From a bacterium (GTDB lineage: Bacteria; UBA8248; JACPRG01; G963555815), in assembly GCA_963555815.3 (NCBI GenBank), contig CAUVWX020000001.1, positions 768,001 through 832,000 of the forward strand: a stretch of DNA of 64,000 nucleotides, written 5' to 3'. The notes beneath the pieces were generated by a model. That model did no database searches. It saw nothing but the letters and a program-made list of their open reading frames with translations, and was not told where the DNA came from. The translations under genes were made by a program, and so were the position numbers. Every line of letters starts with the position of its first letter. Position 1 is the stretch's first letter. Below are positions 22,842 to 33,192 of the stretch, piece by piece.

Positions 22842-23994
22842 CTACTCCCCCTCCAGGGAAAACAGGGACAAAAATTCCAGGTAAATGGCCTCGGCCAAAA
22901 GCTCGTTTCCCTCATTTGATAGATGAACTACGTCTGGCAAGATTTCAGGATGGGGGTCCGCGACGGGAATAAAATCCACGAACGCCAACGACATCTGGCG
23001 CGATATCCTGCGTTGTATTTCCATTAAACTCCCATGAATCATGAATGAGGTCTCGAAATTCCAAACCCAACCCTGAGACGCAAGCCTCTTCCGAAAGACC
23101 CTTTGTCTCTCTCCATATAGCCGTTCTGAAGGAACATAATCGGAGACTCCAAGCCCAAACCGCTTCCGATATTCATACTGAATGTCCAAATTTACAGGTT
23201 GTGTCACCAGCATCACCTTGGTTCCCTTCGTAGCGGCAAGCCTTATAATGCTCCGAAGTTTGGCCTCATACCTGCCAAGAATTTTTTATTCGATTGATTC
23301 GTATTCCCTTGAAGAAACCTTAAATGTCGGCCGGTAAACAATATCGAGATTCTTTCCCATGAGACTCGCGATTTTCTCCCGGAGAGTGAAAAACAGGACA
23401 CTCTTTTTCATCAACCGGTTTTTCACGCGAACCATCAGAGAGGTTGTGATTCTGTTGCTGTCGTTGAACCCCGAATATATGATTATCCAGTCTGGCGAGT
23501 AAGCCATAACTTCACGTTTAATCATCGAAACGATCTCTGACAGAGTGAAGCTCGGGATCCCGGCGTTGATAACCTCGAACAATGTGGGGGATCGTGTCCC
23601 TAAATTAAGACGACTCTCCAATAGACGGGGATACGTATGGGAATCTGGGTTAAGAACCCCGGTGGTGGTCGAGCCCCCAAGTGCGATGATGCGATTTGTC
23701 CCAGGGGGCTTTTCTGGGATAAAATCTGGTCCTCTAAAGCCTCGGGAGTTTGTCTTCGTTATTATCTGGAGTCCTTCGAGCTGTCCGAGGGTGACGTTGC
23801 TCGAAGAATCGTATTTATAATACCCCTTATAGTTCTTATGCTGTGTCTTCCCTCCCCAATAGAGCCACAGTAGGATTCCTTCCGTGACTGTAATAAAGCC
23901 GGATTCGTTGTGTTCCCTCAAGAGCCAGGAAAAGAATAATTGTAGGTAGGGATATAAAGACAATGTATTTGGCAGATTTTCTTAAAATTATCAC
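22842..23994 (-). pseudogene. SGNH/GDSL hydrolase, disrupted
   Basis: SD AAGGAG then GTG 23994 (VIILRKSAKYIVFISLPTIILFLALEG); frameshift near 23870; NSRGFRG, ALGGSTT, INAG, YSGFND; in-frame TAA at 23286-23288; DVVHLSNEGN C-terminal motif. Confidence 0.8.
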
Positions 23995-24362
23995 AATTTT
24001 CTCCTTTCTCCTTAGCTCGGAATCCTCTGCAAGGGGTCAAGGACTCATCTATGGAAGAGCCCTGAGAAATTGGATTACTCCTCTTGCTGCTATTGCAACC
24101 GATGCAATGCTTACCAACCATACCAAAAGAAAGGAGATACACTATCGCCCAAAAGCTTTTAGAACCCCCTTAACTCCTGACGCTGTTTTGTAATGGAGAC
24201 GACAAAGAAGACTTGCGCCTGCTGCCAGCGCAATCTACCCCAGACTGAAACGAAGGAATGGATGAACAGAAAGGGCTAAAAGTAGGGCACCTAACAAAAG
24301 TCCTATTTTCAATAAATCCATCCAATAGCCCTTGCTGTTCATCCATTCGCCACCAGTTCCGC

Positions 24363-24444
24363 AATCGCGTTAGACCCTCGGTGGCAATAAGTTTGGGGGG
24401 GGGGGGGGGGGGCTTTGTCAAACTCTTGAAGCGTTTTGAGCCAG
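24363..24444. repeat. direct repeat copy 1, containing a G18 tract (24395-24412)
   Basis: AATCGCGT(T)AGACCCTCGGTGGCAATAA...CTTTGTCAAACTCTT..GCGTTTTGAGCCAG, shared with 25807-25877. Confidence 0.9.
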
Positions 24445-24458
24445 AGGGTATGATCCAC

Positions 24459-25541
24459 CTACCGTTCATCATCCGGTCCCTTTGGTCGCCAATAGAAATC
24501 CTCCAAGTCGTTTGACACCTGAAAATCGTTGCTCGGCTGGCTCTCCAGACTTCCACTCCAGTAAAGATAATTCCACATGTGCTTGTAATTTCTAAGATGC
24601 CAAACCGGGTATTGGTGGACCAGGTGGTCGCTCCGCAATCCAATGCCATAAGTCGCAAAAGCGGACGGCGTCAAATCTCCAACAGGCGTGCCGAAGAGAC
24701 TTTCCAGTGAATTCTGGGGGAGGCCCTTAGGACCACCTTTTAAGGTGACGCCCTTCTTCGCATATACTTCTCTAATCACCGCTAGCACTTTTTTGAACAC
24801 CTGCTCGGGAGGTCCTAATTTACCTAAATTTCCCAGGGCAAACCTGGGACGATAAGTCATGGGGTCCGGTTGTCCGGACGAATAGAAGATTTCCATCAGC
24901 TCTACAAAGTTAAGGGGAGTACCATCTTTCTCGTAATGCGTATTGTACAATGCGTCCATAATGACCCATTTTTGGTGTTTGGAGGACCACACCTCGGCAG
25001 TTACGTGCCCATTTGCTATTACTTCACGCCCAATAAGTCCAACAGAGCCCAAGGCTTGCGCATAGAGGTCGGCGGCTTGACCACAAAGCAACTGAGAGCC
25101 ATTCCCGGCGTATTCCAATAGGTTAAAGCCATTTTTGGTGTCTCCTCCGGGGAGTGGTGACAGTACAAGAGGCCATATTTTTGAATGTACCCATTCCCGA
25201 AGTCGCATGGCTTTATCAAACTCGGTCTGAGCTCCCTCCAGCACAGAGTCGAGCCGCGCCGACTTTCGGAACTCAACAGCCTTTGGATCTGTCGGATCAA
25301 CGATATCGATCCCCACACGGCCACCGGATTGGGAAAGCCGGATTCCTTTGGTCCAGTCATAAAGATAGCTTTTGACTATATTTTTCTTAAAGGCGAGAAA
25401 TTGCTTTACCGTCGAAAAGGAACTGAACGAAACATACGGATAGTTAGAACGGTAGTCGAGGACAAAAAGCAGGACGAGAGAAAAAAGGACGAGCCCAGAG
25501 GCCAGGAAAGCACCGATCTTCAGTGGGCGACGTGTCGTCAT
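24459..25541 (-). CDS. membrane-anchored transglutaminase-like protein
   Basis: N-terminal TM helix; Cys-His-Asp triad motifs LLCGQAA, GHVTAEVW, WVIMDA; start uncertain. Confidence 0.75.
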   Translation of the reverse strand: MTTRRPLKIGAFLASGLVLFSLVLLFVLDYRSNYPYVSFSSFSTVKQFLAFKKNIVKSYLYDWTKGIRLSQSGGRVGIDIVDPTDPKAVEFRKSARLDSVLEGAQTEFDKAMRLREWVHSKIWPLVLSPLPGGDTKNGFNLLEYAGNGSQLLCGQAADLYAQALGSVGLIGREVIANGHVTAEVWSSKHQKWVIMDALYNTHYEKDGTPLNFVELMEIFYSSGQPDPMTYRPRFALGNLGKLGPPEQVFKKVLAVIREVYAKKGVTLKGGPKGLPQNSLESLFGTPVGDLTPSAFATYGIGLRSDHLVHQYPVWHLRNYKHMWNYLYWSGSLESQPSNDFQVSNDLEDFYWRPKGPDDER

Positions 25542-25806
25542 CACTCTAAAGTGGAAGGGCCGACAATGCTCTGCTTTCTTGCTAGACTGTTCATCTGAGG
25601 CTTTTTCCACTTGACCCTCGGGGGCAACCATTAACCCCGTCCCCCCATGGCCGTCAAACAGTTTTGCAACCCCTTTAACCGAAGCAGAGCCTCTATCCAC
25701 TGGTCGGTTGTGCCCAACCCCCCATTGCAGATTTCCTTTCACGAAACTCTGGTTTGATGTAATCGTGGGAGCACCCTAATTTTCAGGGCAAACTAGGGCT
25801 TATACT

Positions 25807-25877
25807 AATCGCGTCAGACCCTCGGTGGCAATAATTTTCGGGGGTCTTTGTCAAACTCTTAGAGCGTTTTGAGCCAG
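25807..25877. repeat. direct repeat copy 2
   Basis: Near-identical to 24363-24444 but with TTTTCGGGGGT in place of GTTT-G18. Confidence 0.9.
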
Positions 25878-25942
25878 TCCGTGTATTGCTAGAAGTCCAG
25901 AGAGGCCCTGGTGGGCATCTCGGGGTATTTAAAAACAAGCTC

Positions 25943-27898
25943 ATGTGCGGAATCTGCGGAAAAATTGCCCACGGGGCCCGGGCCAACGAGCGGGTCAGTC
26001 CCGAGCTCCTTGGGGCCATGACCTCCCAGATGGTCCACCGAGGTCCAGACGACGGCGGGACCTTGCTGCGACATTATCCCGACTATTCCGTCGGCCTCGG
26101 ACACCGTCGCCTCAGCATCATTGACCTCTCGACTGCCGGCCGCCAGCCCCTCTCCAATGAAACGGGGACAGTTTGGGTTCTTCTGAACGGCGAGATCTAT
26201 AATTTTGCAGAGCTTCGATCGCAGTTGGAGGGAAAGGGACACCAATTCTCCTCTCGCACGGACAGCGAGGTCATCGTCCATCTTTATGAGGATTATGGAG
26301 AGGGGGCCGTCAAGAAGCTTCGGGGGATGTTCGCCTTGGCCATCTGGGACGAGGAGCGTGGGCGTCTCCTCTTGGCCCGGGATCGCCTGGGGAAAAAACC
26401 GCTGTTCTACTCGGAGGGCCCCGGCCATTTCCTCTTCGCCTCAGAGTTGAACGCCCTGATGGAGGACCCCTCCATTTCTTCAGAGTTGGACTGGGCGAGC
26501 CTGGCTGACTACCTGGCCCTCAGTTATATCCCCATCCCTCGCTCTATCTTCCGGTCTGTGCGAAAGCTCCCGCCAGCCCACTTCCTCCTTTGGGAGAAGG
26601 GCCGGGTATCGCTCCAGCGTTATTGGACCGTCGATAATTCTCCTAAGTGGATCGCCTCCGAAGAGGAATATATCGAGGGGATCCTGGAGGCTCTCCGGGA
26701 GTCGACGCGGCTGCGGCTTGTCAGCGATGTCCCCCTCGGGGCCCTGTTGAGCGGAGGGATCGATTCGAGCGCCGTCGTGGCTACGATGGCGGGGCTCATG
26801 GATCGACCCGTGAAGACTTTTTCCATCGGTTTCGAAGTGGATGTCTTTAACGAGCTTCCCCACGCGAGGCGGATTGCTGAACGGTTTGGGACCGATCACC
26901 ATGAGTTTGTGGTTCGGCCGGATGCTGTTGAAGTCCTCCCCCAGATCGTGCGGCATTTCGGCGAGCCCTTCGCCGACTCCTCGGCTCTGCCCACCTACTA
27001 TCTGGCGAAGATGACCCGCGAGCACGTGACCGTCGCCCTCAACGGAGATGCCGGGGATGAGACCTTCGGGGGCTATGAACGGTACGTGGCCCTGGGGCTC
27101 GCTCACAGGTTCGACAGGCTGCCGCTCTCGGTGAGGCAAGGGCTTTGCCTGGCCCTTCGCCCGGTCCTGGGGAATTCCCTCAAGGAGAAGGGACTTCGCC
27201 GGAGGCTTCGGCGCTTCTTAGATGCCCTGCCCCTTTCCAGCGCCGGTCGCTACCTGCGGTGGATGAGCATCGCTCAGGAGGAATTGAGGCCCCACCTCTA
27301 CTCTCCCTCCCTGCTGGGGGCCTGGGAGAGTGAGGGGAGGGGGCACCCTTTGGCCGATGGCTACGAGAGCCTCGTCGAAGCCCCCGAGATCGAGAACCTC
27401 GCCGAGGGGGCCATGCGCCTCGATTTGGTGACCTATCTTCCGAACGACCTTCTCGTCAAGATGGATATCATGACCATGGCCCACGCCCTGGAGGCTCGCT
27501 CCCCTTTCCTTGACCACAAGTTCGTGGAACTGGCCGCCTCTATCCCCTCTCGTTTTAAGGTCCGAGGCAGGCAGACGAAATACATCCTGAAGCGGGCCCT
27601 GGCGTCTCTGCTCCCACCCGACATCATCCATCGGGGGAAGATGGGGTTCGGGGTGCCCTTGGCTCGGTGGTTTCGATCCGAGCTGAAGGAGTACGCCCGT
27701 GAGGTCCTGCTTGACCCAGCCAGCCTGCGGCGAGGATACTTTCAGCCGAGCGCTGTGGAAGCCCTCCTGCGCCAGCACGCCCTGGAGGAAGAGGACCACG
27801 GCTACCTTATCTGGAGCCTGCTCGTCCTGGAGCTCTGGCACCGGGAGGTCCTCGAGGGGAGGGTCCGGGGGGTTCCCCAGAAGGGCAAGATGGCCTAA
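25943..27898 (+). CDS. asnB: asparagine synthase-like amidotransferase (glutamine-hydrolysing), probably polysaccharide-modifying
   Basis: MCGI N-terminus, HRGPD, GHRRLSIID, NGEIYN, LSGGIDSS. Confidence 0.93.
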   Translation: MCGICGKIAHGARANERVSPELLGAMTSQMVHRGPDDGGTLLRHYPDYSVGLGHRRLSIIDLSTAGRQPLSNETGTVWVLLNGEIYNFAELRSQLEGKGHQFSSRTDSEVIVHLYEDYGEGAVKKLRGMFALAIWDEERGRLLLARDRLGKKPLFYSEGPGHFLFASELNALMEDPSISSELDWASLADYLALSYIPIPRSIFRSVRKLPPAHFLLWEKGRVSLQRYWTVDNSPKWIASEEEYIEGILEALRESTRLRLVSDVPLGALLSGGIDSSAVVATMAGLMDRPVKTFSIGFEVDVFNELPHARRIAERFGTDHHEFVVRPDAVEVLPQIVRHFGEPFADSSALPTYYLAKMTREHVTVALNGDAGDETFGGYERYVALGLAHRFDRLPLSVRQGLCLALRPVLGNSLKEKGLRRRLRRFLDALPLSSAGRYLRWMSIAQEELRPHLYSPSLLGAWESEGRGHPLADGYESLVEAPEIENLAEGAMRLDLVTYLPNDLLVKMDIMTMAHALEARSPFLDHKFVELAASIPSRFKVRGRQTKYILKRALASLLPPDIIHRGKMGFGVPLARWFRSELKEYAREVLLDPASLRRGYFQPSAVEALLRQHALEEEDHGYLIWSLLVLELWHREVLEGRVRGVPQKGKMA

Positions 27899-27951
27899 GA
27901 TATAAGCTTGTGGCCTGAAAGGGGAGGCCCTGCGGCCGAGGTGATGAAGAG

Positions 27952-29733
27952 ATGATCTATGCGGGGCCATTTCTATTGGCCTTTGCAGTTTCGTTGGCTC
28001 TGACCCCGGGGGTTCGGGCGGTCGCCCTTTGGCGAGGGTGGGTCTCCACTCCCAGACCCGATCGGTGGCATCAGCGCGAGACGGCCCTCTTCGGTGGGGT
28101 GGCCATCTATGCGGCCACCCTCGTGGCCTTCCTCCAATTCGTCCCCATCCAGAACGACCAGACCTTCATTGGCATCCTCATCGGTGGAAGCTTCATGTTT
28201 TTGGTGGGACTCATCGACGACATCAAGAAAACCCCCCCCTACGCAAAGCTGCTGGGACAGATCGTGGCGGCCTGCACCGCCGTTTACTCGGGCATCACTT
28301 TTGAGATGCTCCCCACGGTCCTGGCCATTCCCGTGACCATTCTCTGGATTGTTGGCGTCACCAACGCCTTCAACCTCATCGACAACATGGACGGCCTTGC
28401 CGCTGGGATCGCCGTCATCGCCGGCGGGATCCTCTTTGTCTACTCTTTTCTCAACGGCGTACTGTTTGTGGCCCTGGTATCTCTGGCGCTGGCGGGCGCC
28501 TCCCTGGGATTCCTCATTTTCAACTTCCATCCCGCCCGGATCTTTATGGGGGACAGTGGAAGTATGTTCATCGGGTATCTTGTCTCAGTGGTGGCCATCA
28601 TGGGGACGGCCAACCACGTGTCCAACCTGCTGGCCACCCTCATTGTTCCCATCGCGGTGCTGGGGGTCCCCATATTCGACACCGCCTTTGTGACCCTCCT
28701 TCGCCGGCTTCGAGGAAGTGCCATCACCCAGGGGGGGCGAGACCATGCCTCCCACCGCCTGGTCACCCTCGGCCTCAGCGAGCGAAAGGCAGTTCTCCTC
28801 ATTTATGCCATCAGTGTCTTTTTCGGCGCAGTCGCCTTCTTCTACGCGCGGGTCGACATCTCTCTGGCGGTCATCATGACCGTCCTGACCGCCATCCTCT
28901 TGCTGGTCGTTGGCCGCTTCCTCAGCGAGGTCAAGATCGAAGAGAAGCCCCCGGGTGCTTCTGCCGGGACGACAACGAGGCCGGTCCTCATCAACGCCAT
29001 GCTCGTCTACAAACGGCAGTTCCTGGAGGTCCTCATCGATTTCGCCCTGATCTGCATTGCCTATTACTCCGCCTACCTCGTTCGCTTCGAGGGGGTTTCC
29101 TCCGAGTGGTACCTGCCCCTCTTCATTGAGTCCTTGCCCATCGTGATCGTCCTTCAGCTTGGCACCTTCTTCCTTTTCGGTCTTTATCGCAACGTCTGGC
29201 GCTACGTCAGCATCCAAGATTTCACCGCCATTACCAAGGCCGTTACCCTGGGAAGCGTCTTGCTCCTCTTTCTCTTCACCTATCTAGGCCAGTTCCAGGG
29301 TTACTCCCGATCCGTGTTCATTGTGTACTGGTTGATCCTGCTCTGCTTGGTGGCGGCCACTCGACTCTTCTTCCGCGCTCTGCGAGAGTATTTCCTGCGC
29401 TCCTGGCGAGGAGGCAAGAAGGTCCTCATCGTCGGCGCCGGAGATGCTGGCGAGATGCTGCTTCGAGAGATCCACAATAACCGAAAGCTCAACTATGAGC
29501 CGGTCGGGTTCCTGGATGACGACACGGAGAAAGTGGGCCGCGAGATCCACGGCCTGCCCATCCTGGGGACCCGGTACGCCTTGAAGAAAGAGATCCGGGA
29601 CCGGGGCATCGAAGAGGTCCTGGTGGCCATCCCCTCGGCACAGCGCGCGGACTTGAGTGAGATCTACCGCCTTTGCGAAGAATCCGGGATCCCCTTTCGG
29701 GAGACCTCGGGCTTTTTCCTCAAGAGTCGCTAG
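27952..29733 (+). CDS. WecA/MraY-family (glycos_transf_4) phosphoglycosyltransferase fused to a CapD/PglF-type N-terminal membrane and Rossmann-like domain
   Basis: GLIDD, NAFNLIDNMDG, FMGDSG, DHASHRL; then FGLYRNVWRYVS, VLIVGAGDAG, GFLDDD. Confidence 0.85.
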   Translation: MIYAGPFLLAFAVSLALTPGVRAVALWRGWVSTPRPDRWHQRETALFGGVAIYAATLVAFLQFVPIQNDQTFIGILIGGSFMFLVGLIDDIKKTPPYAKLLGQIVAACTAVYSGITFEMLPTVLAIPVTILWIVGVTNAFNLIDNMDGLAAGIAVIAGGILFVYSFLNGVLFVALVSLALAGASLGFLIFNFHPARIFMGDSGSMFIGYLVSVVAIMGTANHVSNLLATLIVPIAVLGVPIFDTAFVTLLRRLRGSAITQGGRDHASHRLVTLGLSERKAVLLIYAISVFFGAVAFFYARVDISLAVIMTVLTAILLLVVGRFLSEVKIEEKPPGASAGTTTRPVLINAMLVYKRQFLEVLIDFALICIAYYSAYLVRFEGVSSEWYLPLFIESLPIVIVLQLGTFFLFGLYRNVWRYVSIQDFTAITKAVTLGSVLLLFLFTYLGQFQGYSRSVFIVYWLILLCLVAATRLFFRALREYFLRSWRGGKKVLIVGAGDAGEMLLREIHNNRKLNYEPVGFLDDDTEKVGREIHGLPILGTRYALKKEIRDRGIEEVLVAIPSAQRADLSEIYRLCEESGIPFRETSGFFLKSR

Positions 29734-31215
29734 ATGGCTGGGACTCTTGTGGACAGGGCGATGAGCCCTCCCAGGGCTGGGAGCCCTCCAGGCAGGCAGA
29801 AGGCTGTCCTGCCGTTGGCCCTGGCGGCGGTGACGGCCTTGGGTCTGGGCATCTGGGCCCCGAGGCTCTTGGGGCTTCCCCCCGTTCCCGCCTTCCTGAT
29901 GATCTTCCCCCTGGGTCTCGCTTCCGGGCTCATGCTCTGGCGTCCCGCGGTGGCCATGCCGGTGGCGCTCTTCTTTCTCCCTCTCATCAATGTCCATTTT
30001 GAGCTGGGTCTGGCCGAAAAGACCCTCTCCTTTGACAAGCTCCTCCTCCCCCTCATGATAGTGACCTGGGGGGCGAACCGCTTGGCGCGCGGGGAGTACC
30101 GGATCCCCCGAGATCCCCTCCTCTCTCTCTGGGTGGCCTGGCTTCTGGTTCAGTCCATTACACTGGCCCTGGTCCAGACTTCCCTGTTGGACCAGGCCTG
30201 GTATCTGACAGAGCAGATCACTTACCTCCTCTTCTTCTTGCTGGCGTTAGATGTCTTGAAGGCCCCCGGCACAGCCCTTAGGGTCTTGAAAGTCCTCATG
30301 ATAGGCGGTTGGATTGTCGCGTCCCTCGGCCTCGCTCAGGAGTTTCTTATTCGGATGGGAGGGCCTACCATTGACCTCACCTACCCCTCGACGGGGCGCT
30401 ATGCCACGGAATCTGGGTCCACCATCGGCCAGCCCAACTTCTTTTCCGCTTTCCAGATCCTGACCCTTCCCCTGACGGCCTGGGCGTGGTGGCAAGCGTC
30501 GGGCTGGCGACGGGGGGCCCTCTCGTTCCTGGGTCTGATCCAGGCGGGCGGGATCTTCATGGCCAAGAGCATCGGTGGGGTGGTGGGCCTGGCGGCGGCA
30601 GGGCTGGTGGTCGTGTGGTGGAAGGGGAGTCGTCGTTGGCGTCTGGCGGGCCCGATCTTCGCGGCCGTGGGGGTGGTGGCGATCTTGTGGCTCGTTCAGG
30701 CCCGAGACCCCCGGGGCCTCGATCGCTCCATCGCCATCCGCGCCCACATCCTGGGGGTGACTCGCCAAATGTTTTTGGACTCCCCACTGTTTGGCCACGG
30801 GCTCGGTCGTTTCACCTCCCTCTTTCCCGAATATGAGCAGGTCTATGCCCGGGAGGACCTGGAAGGGGAGATAAAAGATTTTCGGGCCTTCCCTCTGAGC
30901 GTCTCGTCCCACAACTGGTATCTGCGCCTGGCTATCGAGGGGGGCCTTACCAGCCTGATTGTCTTTTTAGGTCTTATCGGGTGGGTCCTGGCGACCCGCT
31001 GGTATGCCTTGAGGGCCCCTCCCCCATTGCTTCCCCCCTTCATCAAGAACCCCGGGGCCCTTCGCCTGGCCCTGCTGGTGGCCCTGGTGGGTTTTGTCCT
31101 CCAGGCGTTGACTGATGAGCTCTTTGCCTACTCGAAGATTGTCATCGTTTTCTGGACCCTCGTGGCGATCGGCGTGAATTTGGACGGAGGCCCCAGGATG
31201 GAGAGGGCGGGTTGA
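29734..31215 (+). CDS. O-antigen ligase/polymerase family membrane protein
   Basis: Multi-TM; STIGQPNFF, PLFGHGLGRF, SSHNWYLRLAIEGG. Confidence 0.85.
   Translation: MAGTLVDRAMSPPRAGSPPGRQKAVLPLALAAVTALGLGIWAPRLLGLPPVPAFLMIFPLGLASGLMLWRPAVAMPVALFFLPLINVHFELGLAEKTLSFDKLLLPLMIVTWGANRLARGEYRIPRDPLLSLWVAWLLVQSITLALVQTSLLDQAWYLTEQITYLLFFLLALDVLKAPGTALRVLKVLMIGGWIVASLGLAQEFLIRMGGPTIDLTYPSTGRYATESGSTIGQPNFFSAFQILTLPLTAWAWWQASGWRRGALSFLGLIQAGGIFMAKSIGGVVGLAAAGLVVVWWKGSRRWRLAGPIFAAVGVVAILWLVQARDPRGLDRSIAIRAHILGVTRQMFLDSPLFGHGLGRFTSLFPEYEQVYAREDLEGEIKDFRAFPLSVSSHNWYLRLAIEGGLTSLIVFLGLIGWVLATRWYALRAPPPLLPPFIKNPGALRLALLVALVGFVLQALTDELFAYSKIVIVFWTLVAIGVNLDGGPRMERAG
29763..29790 (+). repeat. 18-bp palindromic unit GAGCCCTCCCAGGGCTGG (1.5 copies)
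   Basis: The same unit occurs at 33191-33214 and, reverse-complemented, at 35957-36000. Confidence 0.85.
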
Positions 31216-31264
31216 GCCTCCCCCGCCCCTTGGGATAGAGTCCATCCACTCCGGGGAGCTTCAT

Positions 31265-31984
31265 ATGCAGGAGCCGATGGCCCATCGGGTCCTTGTCATC
31301 GTCCCCACTTATAACGAGCGGGAAAATCTGCCCCGGTTCTTGGAAGAACTTCTGGCCCTTCCCCTCCACCTTCAGGTGCTCGTCGTAGATGACAATTCCC
31401 CAGACGGGACCGGCCGCCTGGCCGAAGAGCTCTCCCGCAAGGAGCCGCGCCTTCAAGTTCTGCACCGACCCAGGAAGATGGGGCTCGGCTCGGCCTATCG
31501 AGAGGGTTTCGCCTGGGCCCTTCAGAGAGATTTTGATCGGGTCGTGGAGATGGACGCGGATTTTTCCCATGACCCTCGCGCCCTCCCTAAGCTCATCGCC
31601 GCCTCGGACGAGGTGGACCTCGTCATCGGGTCTCGATATGTGAGTGGGGGAGGGACAGTCGGCTGGGGGGCCCTTCGTCGGTTCATCAGCCAGGGGGGGT
31701 GCCTTTACGCCCGGCTCATCTTGGGGACACCCATCCGGGACCTGACGGGGGGATTCAAATGCTTTCGGCGAAGAGTCCTTGAGGCCATCGACCTTGGAGA
31801 GGTCGCCTCAGAGGGTTACTCCTTTCAAATCGAAATGAATTACCGAGTCCTCAAGGGGGGATTTTCTGTGAAGGAGATTCCCATCCTCTTCACCGACCGC
31901 CGGGTCGGGAAATCCAAGATGTCCTGGAGGATCTTCTGGGAGGGCATTCGAAGGGTCTGGTGGATGCGTCGGGCGATCGGTTAA
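31265..31984 (+). CDS. polyprenol-phosphate mannosyltransferase-like GT2
   Basis: VPTYNE, VVDDNSPDGT, EMDADFSH, DLTGGFKCF, FQIEM. Confidence 0.92.
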   Translation: MQEPMAHRVLVIVPTYNERENLPRFLEELLALPLHLQVLVVDDNSPDGTGRLAEELSRKEPRLQVLHRPRKMGLGSAYREGFAWALQRDFDRVVEMDADFSHDPRALPKLIAASDEVDLVIGSRYVSGGGTVGWGALRRFISQGGCLYARLILGTPIRDLTGGFKCFRRRVLEAIDLGEVASEGYSFQIEMNYRVLKGGFSVKEIPILFTDRRVGKSKMSWRIFWEGIRRVWWMRRAIG

Positions 31985-31992
31985 GGGGGAGA

Positions 31993-33192
31993 GTGGAGCT
32001 TTTCGACCGTCGAGTCCGCTTGGGGGCAAAGGGGGCTCTTTCGACCCTCTGGGCGTTTGTGTATCGACCGCCTTACCGCCCTCGTGGAGAGATTCGCCGC
32101 ATCCTCATCATCGTCTATCCCCCGGGCCTGGGCGACTATGTGGTGGCCACTTCTTTCTTAACAGCCGTGGGTGCCGCTTTCGATGGCGCCTCCTTGGAGG
32201 TTCTGGCCGGAGGCCCTCACGCCGAGGTTCTGGGGAGTCACCCCTCGATCTCGGATGCGATCCTTTACGAGGACAGCTGGATTTCCAAGGACGACAAGGG
32301 AGCTTCGCTTCGCCCTTGGCGGGAGCGAAAAATCCTTTGGGATCACCTGAGGGAGAAGAGGTACGATCTCGTCTTTGACCTCCTTGGAAACTTCGCCTCT
32401 GCGCAACTGACCTATCAGACCGGGGCCCCTCTTCGAGTGGGTTTCTCGAGTGGAGTGGATGCTTTTCTCACCCATCCCGTTCCAGACCTTCGTTTCACCT
32501 CTCCCTCCAAACCCATGACCGAGCACCAGGGGGACCTGCTTCGACGGCTCGGTATAGAGCCCATCCCAAGCGGGCCCTCGGTCCATCCATCGCCCAAGGA
32601 TGAGGCCTTCGCCGAATCCTTGATCAGCGAGACGGGCCTGGGCGGGGACTCCGTCCTCCTCGGCCTTGCTCCGGCCGCGGACCACCCCTCCCGACGGTGG
32701 GAAGAAGAGGCCTTTGCCGCCCTGGGGGATCGCCTGGCCCAGGGGTGGGGAGGGAGGTGTCTGCTGTTTGGTGGAGAGAAGGACCGGGACTATCTGGGGT
32801 CCATCTCCCGTAGGATGGCCTCGAGACCCGCCAACTTCACCGGCCGGGCGAACGCCTTGCAAACGGCGTCCCTCCTTCGGCGATGCCGGATGCTGGTGAG
32901 CGTCAATACAGGGCTCATGCATCTTGGGGCCGCCGTGGGCCTGCCGGTGGTGGCCCTCTATGGGGACGGCCCGCCCCTTTGGCATCCCTGGGGGGAGGGG
33001 CATCAGATCTTGACCAGGCCCCTGAGAAGGCGCGGGGCCGGCGAGGGAGAACCCTTGAGCGTTGAAGAGGTGCTCCAGGCGGCAAGACGCATCTTGGGGC
33101 CCCCTCTGCGGGAGGTCTCCTCGGACCTGGCAAAATACCCGGCAGCGAAAGAATCCAGTCGGACGGATGGGGTCCGAGAGGAGGGGCGGTGA
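31993..33192 (+). CDS. glycosyltransferase family 9 (heptosyltransferase-like)
   Basis: GLGDYV, SRRW, VNTGLMHLGAAVGLPVVALYG. Confidence 0.85.
   Translation: MELFDRRVRLGAKGALSTLWAFVYRPPYRPRGEIRRILIIVYPPGLGDYVVATSFLTAVGAAFDGASLEVLAGGPHAEVLGSHPSISDAILYEDSWISKDDKGASLRPWRERKILWDHLREKRYDLVFDLLGNFASAQLTYQTGAPLRVGFSSGVDAFLTHPVPDLRFTSPSKPMTEHQGDLLRRLGIEPIPSGPSVHPSPKDEAFAESLISETGLGGDSVLLGLAPAADHPSRRWEEEAFAALGDRLAQGWGGRCLLFGGEKDRDYLGSISRRMASRPANFTGRANALQTASLLRRCRMLVSVNTGLMHLGAAVGLPVVALYGDGPPLWHPWGEGHQILTRPLRRRGAGEGEPLSVEEVLQAARRILGPPLREVSSDLAKYPAAKESSRTDGVREEGR

Noticed and set aside
23286..23288. Stop-codon readthrough or recoding in the SGNH gene
   Set aside because: The stop is TAA, which terminates many genes in this window, and the gene has a second lesion, so decay is the simpler explanation.
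24289..24373. Possible integron attC site (minus strand GTCTAAC ... GTTAGGT)
   Set aside because: The R boxes fit, but the internal L boxes are not complementary and no integrase is present.
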